Of a stretch of 64,000 bases of DNA, positions 48,080-56,206 are shown in pieces. How positions within the stretch are numbered: the first letter of the stretch is position 1; every line of letters starts with the position of its first letter. Source of the DNA: an uncultured delta proteobacterium. GTDB taxonomy: Bacteria > Myxococcota_A > UBA9160 > SMWR01. The notes beneath the pieces were generated by a model. It searched no databases. It saw nothing but the letters and a program-made list of their open reading frames with translations, and had not been told where the DNA came from. The translations under genes and the position numbers were made by a program. The DNA lies in assembly GCA_963832165.1 (NCBI GenBank), contig CAWHTE010000011.1, positions 864,001 to 928,000 of the forward strand. The letters run 5' to 3'.

Positions 48080-49095
48080 CCGTGCACGACCTCGGCGATC
48101 TCGCGCAGCGTCTCGACGCTCGTGCCGGGTACGAGCAGCGTCGTCACGGGCGACTCGCGCCACGCGTCGAGCCGCTCGCGAATCCGCTCGCGCGGTCCGA
48201 CCAGCGAGATCTCGTCGCAGAACGAGTCGGGCACCGCCGCGATCGCGCTGGCGCGGTCCCCGGCGAAGAACAGGTCCTGGATCTTCTGGGCCTCGGCGGC
48301 GAAGCCCATGCGCGCCATGAGCTCCTTGTGGAAGTTGCGGTCCTTCGCGCCCATGCCGCCGATGTAGAAGCCGAGGCTCGCCTTGTGCGGCGCATAACCC
48401 GCTGCGAGATCGTCGGTGATCGTGACGGTCGTGGTCACGGCGATTTCGAAGCCGGGCTTGAGCGTGCCGAGCGAGTCCGCGTAGACCTCGGGGCGGAACG
48501 GTGAGTAGTAGAGCGGGAGCCAGCCGTCGGCGATCTCCGCCGCGAGCGCGACGTTCTTGGGTCCTTCGGCGCCGAGGTAGATCGGCACGTCCGAGCGCAG
48601 GGGGTGCGTGATGGCGCGAAGCGGCTTTCCGAGGTGCCACGCGCCTTCGCCGTGGTAGGGCAGGGGATAGTGCGGACCGGCACTCGTGACCGGCTTCTCG
48701 CGCCGCAGCACCTGTCGCACGATGTCGACGTACTCGCGCGTGCGCGAGAGCGGCTTCGCGAAAGGCTGGCCGTACCAGCCCTCGACCACCTGCGGACCCG
48801 ACACGCCGAGCCCGAGGATCAGGCGGCCGCGCGAGAGATGATCGAGCGTGAGCGCGTGCATCGCGGTGGAGGCCGGCGTGCGCGCGCTGATCTGCACGAT
48901 CGCGGTACCGAGCTTGATGAGCGACGTGTGCGCTCCGATCCAGGCGAGCGGCGTGAACGCGTCGGAGCCCCACGCCTCGGCGGTCCACACCGAGTCGTAG
49001 CCGAGCCGCTCTGCCTCCTGCGCGATCTCGACGAAGTTCGCGTGCGGCTCGCGTTGCCAGTAGCCGAGCTGAACCCCGAGCTTCAGGTCTCCCAT
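48076..49095 (-). CDS. LLM-class, probable F420-dependent oxidoreductase
   Basis: [48 protein letters not shown]. Confidence 0.92.
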   Translation of the reverse strand: MGDLKLGVQLGYWQREPHANFVEIAQEAERLGYDSVWTAEAWGSDAFTPLAWIGAHTSLIKLGTAIVQISARTPASTAMHALTLDHLSRGRLILGLGVSGPQVVEGWYGQPFAKPLSRTREYVDIVRQVLRREKPVTSAGPHYPLPYHGEGAWHLGKPLRAITHPLRSDVPIYLGAEGPKNVALAAEIADGWLPLYYSPFRPEVYADSLGTLKPGFEIAVTTTVTITDDLAAGYAPHKASLGFYIGGMGAKDRNFHKELMARMGFAAEAQKIQDLFFAGDRASAIAAVPDSFCDEISLVGPRERIRERLDAWRESPVTTLLVPGTSVETLREIAEVVHG

Positions 49096-49163
49096 GTCCG
49101 CGCCTCCTGTGGGGCGAACTGTAACCGAGGTCAGATTGACAGGAGCGAGTCCATCCCGCGCGA

Positions 49164-49466
49164 TCAGACGATCGGGCCGACCGACGTGATCTCGTAGCGC
49201 TCGAGCGAGACCTCGCGGATGCCGCGGTTTCCGACCCGGATCCTCAGCGCCTCGACGCGCGGGGCACGCACGAAGTCGTGCAGAGCCTCGCGCGATTCCC
49301 ATTCCTCGAACACGTGCAGAAGGGTGGAATCCTCGATGTCGATCGAGAACACGAACGAGATGCAGCCGGGCGCGTTCCGCGCGTCCTGCATCACTTCGGC
49401 GATGGCCTCGATCGCTTCGTCGCGCTCGGCCGCATCGATTCTCACCACACCTGCGACTACCAGCAC
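49164..49466 (-). CDS. Antibiotic-biosynthesis-monooxygenase (ABM) domain protein
   Basis: PGCISF, VFEEWES.EAL.. Confidence 0.8.
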   Translation of the reverse strand: MLVVAGVVRIDAAERDEAIEAIAEVMQDARNAPGCISFVFSIDIEDSTLLHVFEEWESREALHDFVRAPRVEALRIRVGNRGIREVSLERYEITSVGPIV

Positions 49467-49472
49467 GAACCC

Positions 49473-49793
49473 CTACTCCAGCGCGGCCGGCTCTTCGAGC
49501 GGGCCGACCTCTCCCACTGCGTATTTCGAGATCGTCATGGCTCGGATGCCGAGCTTCCCCGCATGGCTCGCGATCCCGGCGACGTGGGGCGAGGCGATGT
49601 TCAAGCTGAGCGCCTCCTGGGACTCCCACTTCTGGAGCAGGTGCAACAGCCCGGGGTCCTCGAGGTCTTCCGAGAGCGCGACGAAGGTGCAGCCGATCTG
49701 CTTGCGAAGCTCGCGCACGACCTCGATCGCGGTCTTCATCAGCTCGTCGCGATTGGACGTATCGATACGGATCGAACCCGCGATCAACAGCAC
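49473..49793 (-). CDS. ABM domain protein (tandem paralog)
   Basis: GC..., WESQEAL....SPH; similar to the adjacent gene. Confidence 0.75.
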   Translation of the reverse strand: MLLIAGSIRIDTSNRDELMKTAIEVVRELRKQIGCTFVALSEDLEDPGLLHLLQKWESQEALSLNIASPHVAGIASHAGKLGIRAMTISKYAVGEVGPLEEPAALE

Positions 49794-49984
49794 AGAAGCC
49801 CCGGCATTCGCAGCTTGAGCCTATCACGGTAGAACTGCAGGGATGGAGGTTTTTCGAATCCGAGTGGACCTGGAGGCGGCGGCCCCGAGCCGATACGATT
49901 GCCAGACCTGCACTCGGGGCGGCCGATGGGGCGCCGTTCCGAGGATGTTCCGGACTGCAGATCGGTCGGGGTGAGGAGTTTACG

Positions 49985-50773
49985 GTGCTTTCTGCGCATG
50001 CGATCTATCAGGAGATCCGCAACGACGACGAGACCTACCGCCTGTTCTGCAGCGTTGCGGCCAAGGGCGAAGCCCAGGGCGGCTGGGAGAACCGGCGCAT
50101 CGCCGAGCTGACCCGCGACGAGGAGCTGCGCGCGAGGATCCTGCGCCACGGCGAGGACGAGGATAAACACGGGCATCTGTTCGCGGCGCTGCTGCGCAAG
50201 CGCGGGCTCGCGGCCTGCGAGGTGCCGGCCGACGTCGACTACACGATGCTGCTGGAGCGCCACGGGATCGGGCTCTCGCATGAGCGCTTGCACCGCGACG
50301 AGCCGCTCAGCGACGAGGAGATCCTCGCGTATCTGGTGCACTCGCGCGTCACCGAGCAGCGCGCGCACGAAGAGGTGGAGCAGCAGCGCGCGATCTTCGG
50401 CGAGGATCCCGAGCTCGGGCGCACGGTGCGCATGATCGCGGACGACGAAATCAACCACCTCTCCTACGCGCACGAAGAGCTCGCGCGGTTTTGCGCGCTC
50501 GGGTACGGCGACCGGATCCACACGATGCTGCGCGAGTACGCGCGCGTCGAGATCGCCACCTATCGCGACGTGTCGCTGGGGGTGATGGCGCGCATGGCCG
50601 ACGCGCTGCGCTGGTCGCTGGCGAAGCGCACCGCGTTGCGACTGGGGATTCACGCGATCTACGCGATCGAGCGGCTGTGGACCTGGCGGCGGATGGTCAC
50701 GATCGAGCGCCCTGCGCGCCCGGGTGCGCTTTCTGCGCGCACGCGAGCGCAGGCCCGTGCGGCGACCGCCTGA
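49985..50773 (+). CDS. Ferritin-like domain protein
   Basis: Two ExxH motifs (DEDKH, DEINH) plus helix glutamates (GEAQG, VTEQR); GAGGAG RBS. Confidence 0.8.
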   Translation: MLSAHAIYQEIRNDDETYRLFCSVAAKGEAQGGWENRRIAELTRDEELRARILRHGEDEDKHGHLFAALLRKRGLAACEVPADVDYTMLLERHGIGLSHERLHRDEPLSDEEILAYLVHSRVTEQRAHEEVEQQRAIFGEDPELGRTVRMIADDEINHLSYAHEELARFCALGYGDRIHTMLREYARVEIATYRDVSLGVMARMADALRWSLAKRTALRLGIHAIYAIERLWTWRRMVTIERPARPGALSARTRAQARAATA

Positions 50774-50823
50774 TCATCCGCGCGTACGCCGGACGAACGT
50801 CTTAGAGTGAGGACCCCGAGCGA

Positions 50824-52215
50824 ATGGCCAAGAGCATTCTCGAGCAGATCCGCGAGCGCGAGAGCGAGAAGTTCGATCTGCACGAGCGCTACCTGAACGC
50901 GCAGCACGTGCGCGTTCTCAAGACGATCGGATTCGACCGCCACTACGTGCGCGCGAGCGGGGCCTACCTCTACGACGACGCTGGCCAGCAGTATCTCGAC
51001 CTGCTCTCCGGCTTCGGCGTATTCGCGGTCGGTCGCAACCACCCGACGCTCGTCTCCGCACTGCGCGAGGTGCTCGAAGGCGAGCTGTCGGGCCTCGTGC
51101 AGATGGACGTGTCGGTGCTCGCGGGAATCCTCGCCGAGCGGCTGCTCGCCACGGCGCCGGGCGGGCTCGACAAGGTGTTCTTCGCCAACTCGGGCGCCGA
51201 GGCGGTCGAGTCCGCGATCAAGTTCGCGCGCTACCACACCGGGCGCCCCGGGCTCCTCTACTGCGATCACGGCTTCCACGGCCTCACGATGGGCGCCGTC
51301 TCGCTGAACGGCGATGAGATCTTCCGCGAGGGCTTCGGACCGCTCCTGCCCGGCAGTCGCCAGATCCCGTTCAACGATCTCGCCGCGCTCGAGCGCGCGC
51401 TCGCCGCGCGTGACGTCGCGGCGTTCTTCGTCGAGCCGATCCAGGGCCACGGCGTGAACATGCCCTCCGACGACTACCTGCGAGAGGCGGCGCGCCTGTG
51501 CCGTGAGCACGGCACGCTGTTCGTCGCCGACGAGATCCAGACCGGCATCGGCCGCACAGGCCGTTTCTGGGCGATCGAGCACTGGGGTGTCGAGCCCGAC
51601 ATGCTGCTCACCGCGAAGGCGCTCTCGGGCGGCTTCGTGCCGGTCGGCGCGGTGCTCTTGCGCAAGAAGGTGTTCGACTCCCTGTTCTCGAACATGGTGC
51701 GCTCGCCCGTGCACGGATCGACGTTCGGCAAGAACGACCTCGCGATGGCCGCGGGCATCGCGACGCTCGACGTGATCGAGGCCGAGGGACTGGTCGAGAA
51801 TGCGGCGAAGGTGGGGGAGGGCATCCTCGCCGATCTGCGCGGAATGGTCGGCCGCTACGACTTCGTGCGCGAAGTGCGCGGCAAGGGGCTGATCCAGGCG
51901 ATCGAGTTCGGCCCGTCGAGCAAGCTCGCGCACAAGGCCGCCTACAAGCTGCTCGACGTGGCGCAGAAGGGTCTGTTCAGTCAGCTCGTGACGGTGCCGC
52001 TGTTCCAGAAGCACCGGATCCTGTCGCAGACGGCAGGCCACGATCAGCCCGTCGTGAAGTTCCTGCCGCCGCTCGTGATCGACGACTCCGACCGGCAGTG
52101 GATCGCGCGCGCGGTGGACGCGGTGGTGGCCGACACGCAGAACGTCGGCGGCGCGATCTGGGACCTCGGCAAGACGCTCGCCAGCGCGGCAATCAAGACA
52201 AAAGCAGGGATGTGA
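50824..52215 (+). CDS. hpnO: Class III PLP aminotransferase, HpnO-like (aminohopanoid synthesis)
   Basis: YLN.Q.VRVLKTIGFD, LDLLSGFGVFAVGRNHP, ADEIQTGIGRTG, AKALSGG; adjacent to HpnA-like gene. Confidence 0.78.
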   Translation: MAKSILEQIRERESEKFDLHERYLNAQHVRVLKTIGFDRHYVRASGAYLYDDAGQQYLDLLSGFGVFAVGRNHPTLVSALREVLEGELSGLVQMDVSVLAGILAERLLATAPGGLDKVFFANSGAEAVESAIKFARYHTGRPGLLYCDHGFHGLTMGAVSLNGDEIFREGFGPLLPGSRQIPFNDLAALERALAARDVAAFFVEPIQGHGVNMPSDDYLREAARLCREHGTLFVADEIQTGIGRTGRFWAIEHWGVEPDMLLTAKALSGGFVPVGAVLLRKKVFDSLFSNMVRSPVHGSTFGKNDLAMAAGIATLDVIEAEGLVENAAKVGEGILADLRGMVGRYDFVREVRGKGLIQAIEFGPSSKLAHKAAYKLLDVAQKGLFSQLVTVPLFQKHRILSQTAGHDQPVVKFLPPLVIDDSDRQWIARAVDAVVADTQNVGGAIWDLGKTLASAAIKTKAGM

Positions 52216-53264
52216 TGGCCAGGGTGTTCGTGACAGGCGGCAACGGCTTCATGGGCTCGCGCATCGTGCGCGAGCTGGTCGGGCGCGGCTACGACGTGAC
52301 CGCGCTGGTCGGCGCCGACCTCGACAACCACAACCTCGACGGTCTCGACGTCGAGATCCGCCCGTTCGATCTGCTCGACCGCGACGGCGTGCGCGCGGCG
52401 CTCGAGGGCGGCGAGCTGCTCGTGCACAACGCTGCGTGTTACAGCTTCTGGCAGCCGGACCCGAACACGATCTACCGCGTGAACGTCGATGGCACGCAGC
52501 ACGTGCTCGACGCGGCCGCCGAGCACGGCTACCGCAAGATCGTCTACACGAGCAGCACCGCGACGCTCACACCCTCGATCAACCGCGAGATCGAGACCGA
52601 GGAGAGCCTGTTCGATCTGCGCCGCTTCCAGGGCCACTACAAGGTCTCGAAGGTGATCGCGGAGATCGGCGTGATGCGCCGTGCGGCGCAGGGACTGCCC
52701 GTGGTGGTAGTGCACCCGACCACCGTGGTCGGCACCGGCGATCGCCGCCCGACGCCGACCGGCACGCTGATCCTGCACTTCCTGAACGGGCGCATGGTCG
52801 CGTACGCGAACACGATGTTGAACGTGGTCGACGTCGACGACGTGGCCGAGGGGCACGTGCTCGCGCTCGAGCGCGGGCGCGTCGGCCACAACTACATCCT
52901 CGGCGGCGAGAACATGACGATGCGCGAGATCTGCGGCGTGCTGACGGAGCTCACCGGGATCCCTTCGCCACGCGTCGCGTTGCCGCCGCGCGTGCTGTAC
53001 GTGCTCGGCCACATCGCCGAGTTCATCGCGAATCACGTCACGCACCGCACTCCGATCGTCGACGTCGAGTCGGCGCTGCACGCGATGGCGAACCGCGCAT
53101 CGGACTCGGGCAAGGCCGAAAAGGAGCTCGGCTACCTGCCGTCGCGCGCGCGCATCGCGATCGCGAAGGCGGCGGTCTGGTTCGTCGAGAACGGCTACTG
53201 CAAGGATCGCTACCGGCGCCGCATCGAGACGCACGGCGGGCTGCGACGCGCGATCGGAGCTTGA
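52215..53264 (+). CDS. hpnA: NAD-dependent epimerase/dehydratase, HpnA-like
   Basis: TGGNGFMG, GHYKVSK, GDRRPTPTG, NVVDVDDVAEGH, YILGGEN. Confidence 0.72.
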   Translation: MARVFVTGGNGFMGSRIVRELVGRGYDVTALVGADLDNHNLDGLDVEIRPFDLLDRDGVRAALEGGELLVHNAACYSFWQPDPNTIYRVNVDGTQHVLDAAAEHGYRKIVYTSSTATLTPSINREIETEESLFDLRRFQGHYKVSKVIAEIGVMRRAAQGLPVVVVHPTTVVGTGDRRPTPTGTLILHFLNGRMVAYANTMLNVVDVDDVAEGHVLALERGRVGHNYILGGENMTMREICGVLTELTGIPSPRVALPPRVLYVLGHIAEFIANHVTHRTPIVDVESALHAMANRASDSGKAEKELGYLPSRARIAIAKAAVWFVENGYCKDRYRRRIETHGGLRRAIGA

Positions 53265-53272
53265 CCGGGTAG

Positions 53273-53617
53273 GTGTTCGAGCGCAGATCCGAGCCGCTGA
53301 TCTCCCGCGGCGAATTCGCCGGCCGCATCGCGCGCAGCGTGCTGGCGGGGGCGCTCTTGATCGCAGTCTCGCTGTTCGCGGGAATGATCGGGTACCACGA
53401 GCTCGAACGGCTGTCCTGGCTCGACGCGTTCCTGAACGCGGCGATGCTGCTCGGAGGCATGGGCCCCGTGGCGACTCCTCGGACGGACGGCGGAAAGCTC
53501 TTCGCGGGGCTCTACGCGCTCTACTGCGGCCTGGTCGTGATCATCGCCGCGGGCATCATCCTCGCACCGGCCGCGCACCGGATCCTGCACCGGTTCCATC
53601 TCGAGGATCAGGAGTAG
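53273..53617 (+). CDS. Small 2-TM membrane protein resembling a K+ channel pore domain
   Basis: TM - SWLDAFLNAAMLLGGMGP - T.GGKLF - TM layout. Confidence 0.7.
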   Translation: MFERRSEPLISRGEFAGRIARSVLAGALLIAVSLFAGMIGYHELERLSWLDAFLNAAMLLGGMGPVATPRTDGGKLFAGLYALYCGLVVIIAAGIILAPAAHRILHRFHLEDQE

Positions 53618-53844
53618 GGCGGGAGGAGCCGGAGGCGCCGCAGGTGCCGAGGCGGATCCCGCCTTCGCGGCTCTCAGCGGTCGCTTCTGCCCTCGATCCC
53701 TTGCTTCCGGGGGCTCCTCGCCCACCCCGGAGGACCTCGAATCGCCTTCGGCCTTGGAGGGAGGGATCGATTTCGGACCTCCGTCGCCCGAACGACGCAG
53801 CCGGACGTCTTTCGTGCCCAGTTTCAACCACGGCGCGATCTCCA

Positions 53845-53872
53845 TTGACGTAATGATAAATACAGCTATATT
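53845..53872 (+). promoter_or_regulatory. Sigma70-type promoter of the HUH gene (probably leaderless)
   Basis: TTGACG-N16-TATATT, 6 nt before GTG 53879, in an AT-rich patch. Confidence 0.7.
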
Positions 53873-53878
53873 CAAGAT

Positions 53879-54556
53879 GTGACGAAGCAGATCGAGCTGA
53901 AATTCCGCAGTCACGGCGGCGCGCGTGAAGGCGCGGGACGCAAGCCCGCCTCATCTCGGCCGCCCGTGCATCACGTGAAGCGGCCGAAAGTGCCCAAGGG
54001 CAGTCCGGCCCACGTGACTCTGCGCGTGCGGCGCGATGTGCCGTCTCTGCGCAGCCGCCGCTTCCTCCGCGACTTTCGGGCCCGGCTGAGAAAGGGCTGC
54101 GAGCGCGGCGAGTTCCGCGTCTGCCACTACTCGATCCAGCGCGACCACGTGCATCTGGTGGTCGAAGCCGTTGGGAAGGAAGCGATGGGGCGCGGGATGA
54201 AGTCGGTGGGGATCCGGCTGGCACGGACGGTCAACCGGGTGTTCGGACGGACGGGGCCGGTGCTGTTCGGGCGCTACCACCTGCGCGTGTTGCGCACCCC
54301 GCGCGAGGTGCGGAATGCGCTGGCGTATGTCCTTCTGAACGCGCGCAAGCATTGGCGCCAGAAGAACGGAAGTGCGCCGCCCGTTGTGCTCGATATCGCT
54401 TCATCCGGCGCCTGGTTCGATGGCTGGAAGCGTTCCCCGCCGATGGGAGAGCCGAGCGTTCCCCGCCCGGTGGCGCCACCTCGGTTCTGGCTCTTGAGGG
54501 AAGGGTGGCGACGGCGCGGGTTGGTGGATCCCGCGGAGGTGCCGGGGAGCGCGTAG
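53879..54556 (+). CDS. Y1/HUH transposase (IS200-like, REP-associated tyrosine transposase type)
   Basis: HVTLR, YSIQRDHVHLVVEA (HUH), GRYH, ALAYVLLNARKH (catalytic Tyr), N-terminal GGAREGAGRKP. Confidence 0.88.
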   Translation: MTKQIELKFRSHGGAREGAGRKPASSRPPVHHVKRPKVPKGSPAHVTLRVRRDVPSLRSRRFLRDFRARLRKGCERGEFRVCHYSIQRDHVHLVVEAVGKEAMGRGMKSVGIRLARTVNRVFGRTGPVLFGRYHLRVLRTPREVRNALAYVLLNARKHWRQKNGSAPPVVLDIASSGAWFDGWKRSPPMGEPSVPRPVAPPRFWLLREGWRRRGLVDPAEVPGSA

Positions 54557-54790
54557 CGGGTCCTATTTCCTTTTCGGATTTCGATACCTCCTGCTCATAT
54601 CGGATGGCTCCTTGGGTCGACGGCAAGCGAATCGAACCCCTGCTTCCTCACTCAAGGCAAACCCGCTCTCGTGCGAGGGAAGGAGCCGAGCTCGAGCAAG
54701 TTTCGCTGCGGGTCATAGGGCGGGACGAGCCAAGGCGGGATCCTCCCTGTGTCAGGCGATTGCTAGGCTGCCGCGGGGGCGGATTGAGGG

Positions 54791-55279
54791 ATGGCGGAAA
54801 CGCGCGCGGCCGAGCTGATCCGGACTCTCGAGCTCGCGCCCCATCCCGAGGGCGGCTACTTCCGCGAGATCTGGCGCGCGAGCCACGGTGTCGAGCCGGG
54901 GGACGGGCGCGGGGCGCGCGCGGCGCTCACCGCGATCTACTTCCTGCTTCCCGAGGGCGCGGTGAGCCGCTGGCATCGCGTCGGCTCCGACGAGGTGTGG
55001 CACCACTACGAAGGCGCGCCACTCGAGCTGCTGCTCGTGCCCCCGCGCGAGCACCGCCTCGAGCGGGCTCGCCTGGGTCCACTCGCCGAGGGGCAGGCGC
55101 CCGTGCGCTGCGTCCCGGCGCACTGGTGGCAGGCGGCGCGCTCGCTCGGACCCTACACACTCGTGGGTTGCACCGTAGGGCCCGGCTTCGCATTCGAGGA
55201 CTTCGAGCTGCTGCGCGACCGCGGCGAGCTCGCGGACGCGCTGTGTGACGCGCTGCCCGAAGCCATTCCGTACCGGTGA
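54791..55279 (+). CDS. Cupin superfamily DUF985 protein
   Basis: L.PHPEGGYFRE, TAIYFLL, SRWHRV.SDEVWH, LVGCTVGPGF.FEDF. Confidence 0.92.
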   Translation: MAETRAAELIRTLELAPHPEGGYFREIWRASHGVEPGDGRGARAALTAIYFLLPEGAVSRWHRVGSDEVWHHYEGAPLELLLVPPREHRLERARLGPLAEGQAPVRCVPAHWWQAARSLGPYTLVGCTVGPGFAFEDFELLRDRGELADALCDALPEAIPYR

Positions 55280-55332
55280 AGATGGAAGATGGGATGGCGG
55301 GATGGCGGGATCCGCCTTCGGCTCCTCCCGCC

Positions 55333-56139
55333 CTACGAGATCTCAAACCCCGGTGGCGTCCAGCGCCCGGGCGGCTCCCAGGTGCCCTCGTCGTTCTGCA
55401 CCGTGAGCACGCGCACGCCGTCCGGCGTCACTTCGAGCGTGTGCTCGTACTGCGCGGAGAGGCTGCGGTCGGCCGTGAGCGCGGTCCAGCCGTCGGCCTG
55501 GATCTCGATTCCGGGCGCGCCCGCGTTGATCATCGGCTCGATCGTGAACGTGAGGCCCGCGTGCAGGCGAATGCCCGAGCCCGCAGCGCCGTAGTGGAGC
55601 ACCTGCGGCTCCTCGTGGAAGCGGCGCCCGACGCCGTGTCCGACGAAATCGCGCACCACCGAGAATCCGAGCGGCTCGACGTGCGACTGGATCGCGTGGC
55701 CGATGTCGCCGAGCCGCGCGCCCGGGCGCACGGCCGCGATCGCGCGCCGCTGCGCCTCGAGCGTCGCGCACAGGAGCTGGCGTGCGGGCTCGGCGATCTC
55801 GCCCACGGCGACGGTGGACGCGTTGTCGCCGTGGAAGCCGTCGACGATCAGCGCGACGTCGACGCCCACGATGTCGCCCTGGCGCAGCACCGCCTTGCGG
55901 TCGGGGATGCCGTGGCAGATCACCTCGTTGATCGAGGTGCACACGCTGCGCGGAAATCCGCGATAGCCCAGCGGCGCGGGCGTGGCGCCGTGGCGCTTCG
56001 CGAACTGCACGACGAGATCGTCGAGATCGAGCGTGCTGATGCCGGGTGCGACCTGCGACACCACCCAGGCGAGGCATTCGGCCGAGAGACGCCCCGCCGC
56101 GCGCATCGCGGCGAGCTGCGCATCGTTCTTGAGCGCCAT
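55333..56139 (-). CDS. map: Type I methionyl aminopeptidase
   Basis: CTSINEVICHGIP, GFHGD, GHGVG..FHEEP, EPMIN, SAQYEHT. Confidence 0.96.
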   Translation of the reverse strand: MALKNDAQLAAMRAAGRLSAECLAWVVSQVAPGISTLDLDDLVVQFAKRHGATPAPLGYRGFPRSVCTSINEVICHGIPDRKAVLRQGDIVGVDVALIVDGFHGDNASTVAVGEIAEPARQLLCATLEAQRRAIAAVRPGARLGDIGHAIQSHVEPLGFSVVRDFVGHGVGRRFHEEPQVLHYGAAGSGIRLHAGLTFTIEPMINAGAPGIEIQADGWTALTADRSLSAQYEHTLEVTPDGVRVLTVQNDEGTWEPPGRWTPPGFEIS

Positions 56140-56206
56140 CGTACCGGCCCGGCGTGTCTGGAGCATCGAGCGTGGAAGGTTACCATCGCACGTCGGGGGA
56201 ACGCGC

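Larger units (their letters stand above)
53654..54743. mobile_element. Putative RAYT/Y1-HUH locus with long degenerate inverted flanks
   Basis: GGATCCCGCCTT (53654-53665) and its exact reverse complement (54732-54743); further collinear short matches inward; ~260 and ~230 bp non-coding flanks. Confidence 0.55.

Noticed and set aside
49794..49984. Hairpin GCCCCGAG..CTCGGGGC upstream of the ferritin-like gene as a riboswitch
   Set aside because: Only one 8-bp GC stem and no recognisable aptamer motif.
53879..54790. IS605/IS200 element with TnpB/IscB and guide RNA
   Set aside because: No RuvC-type ORF next to the HUH gene; the downstream gene is a DUF985 cupin.
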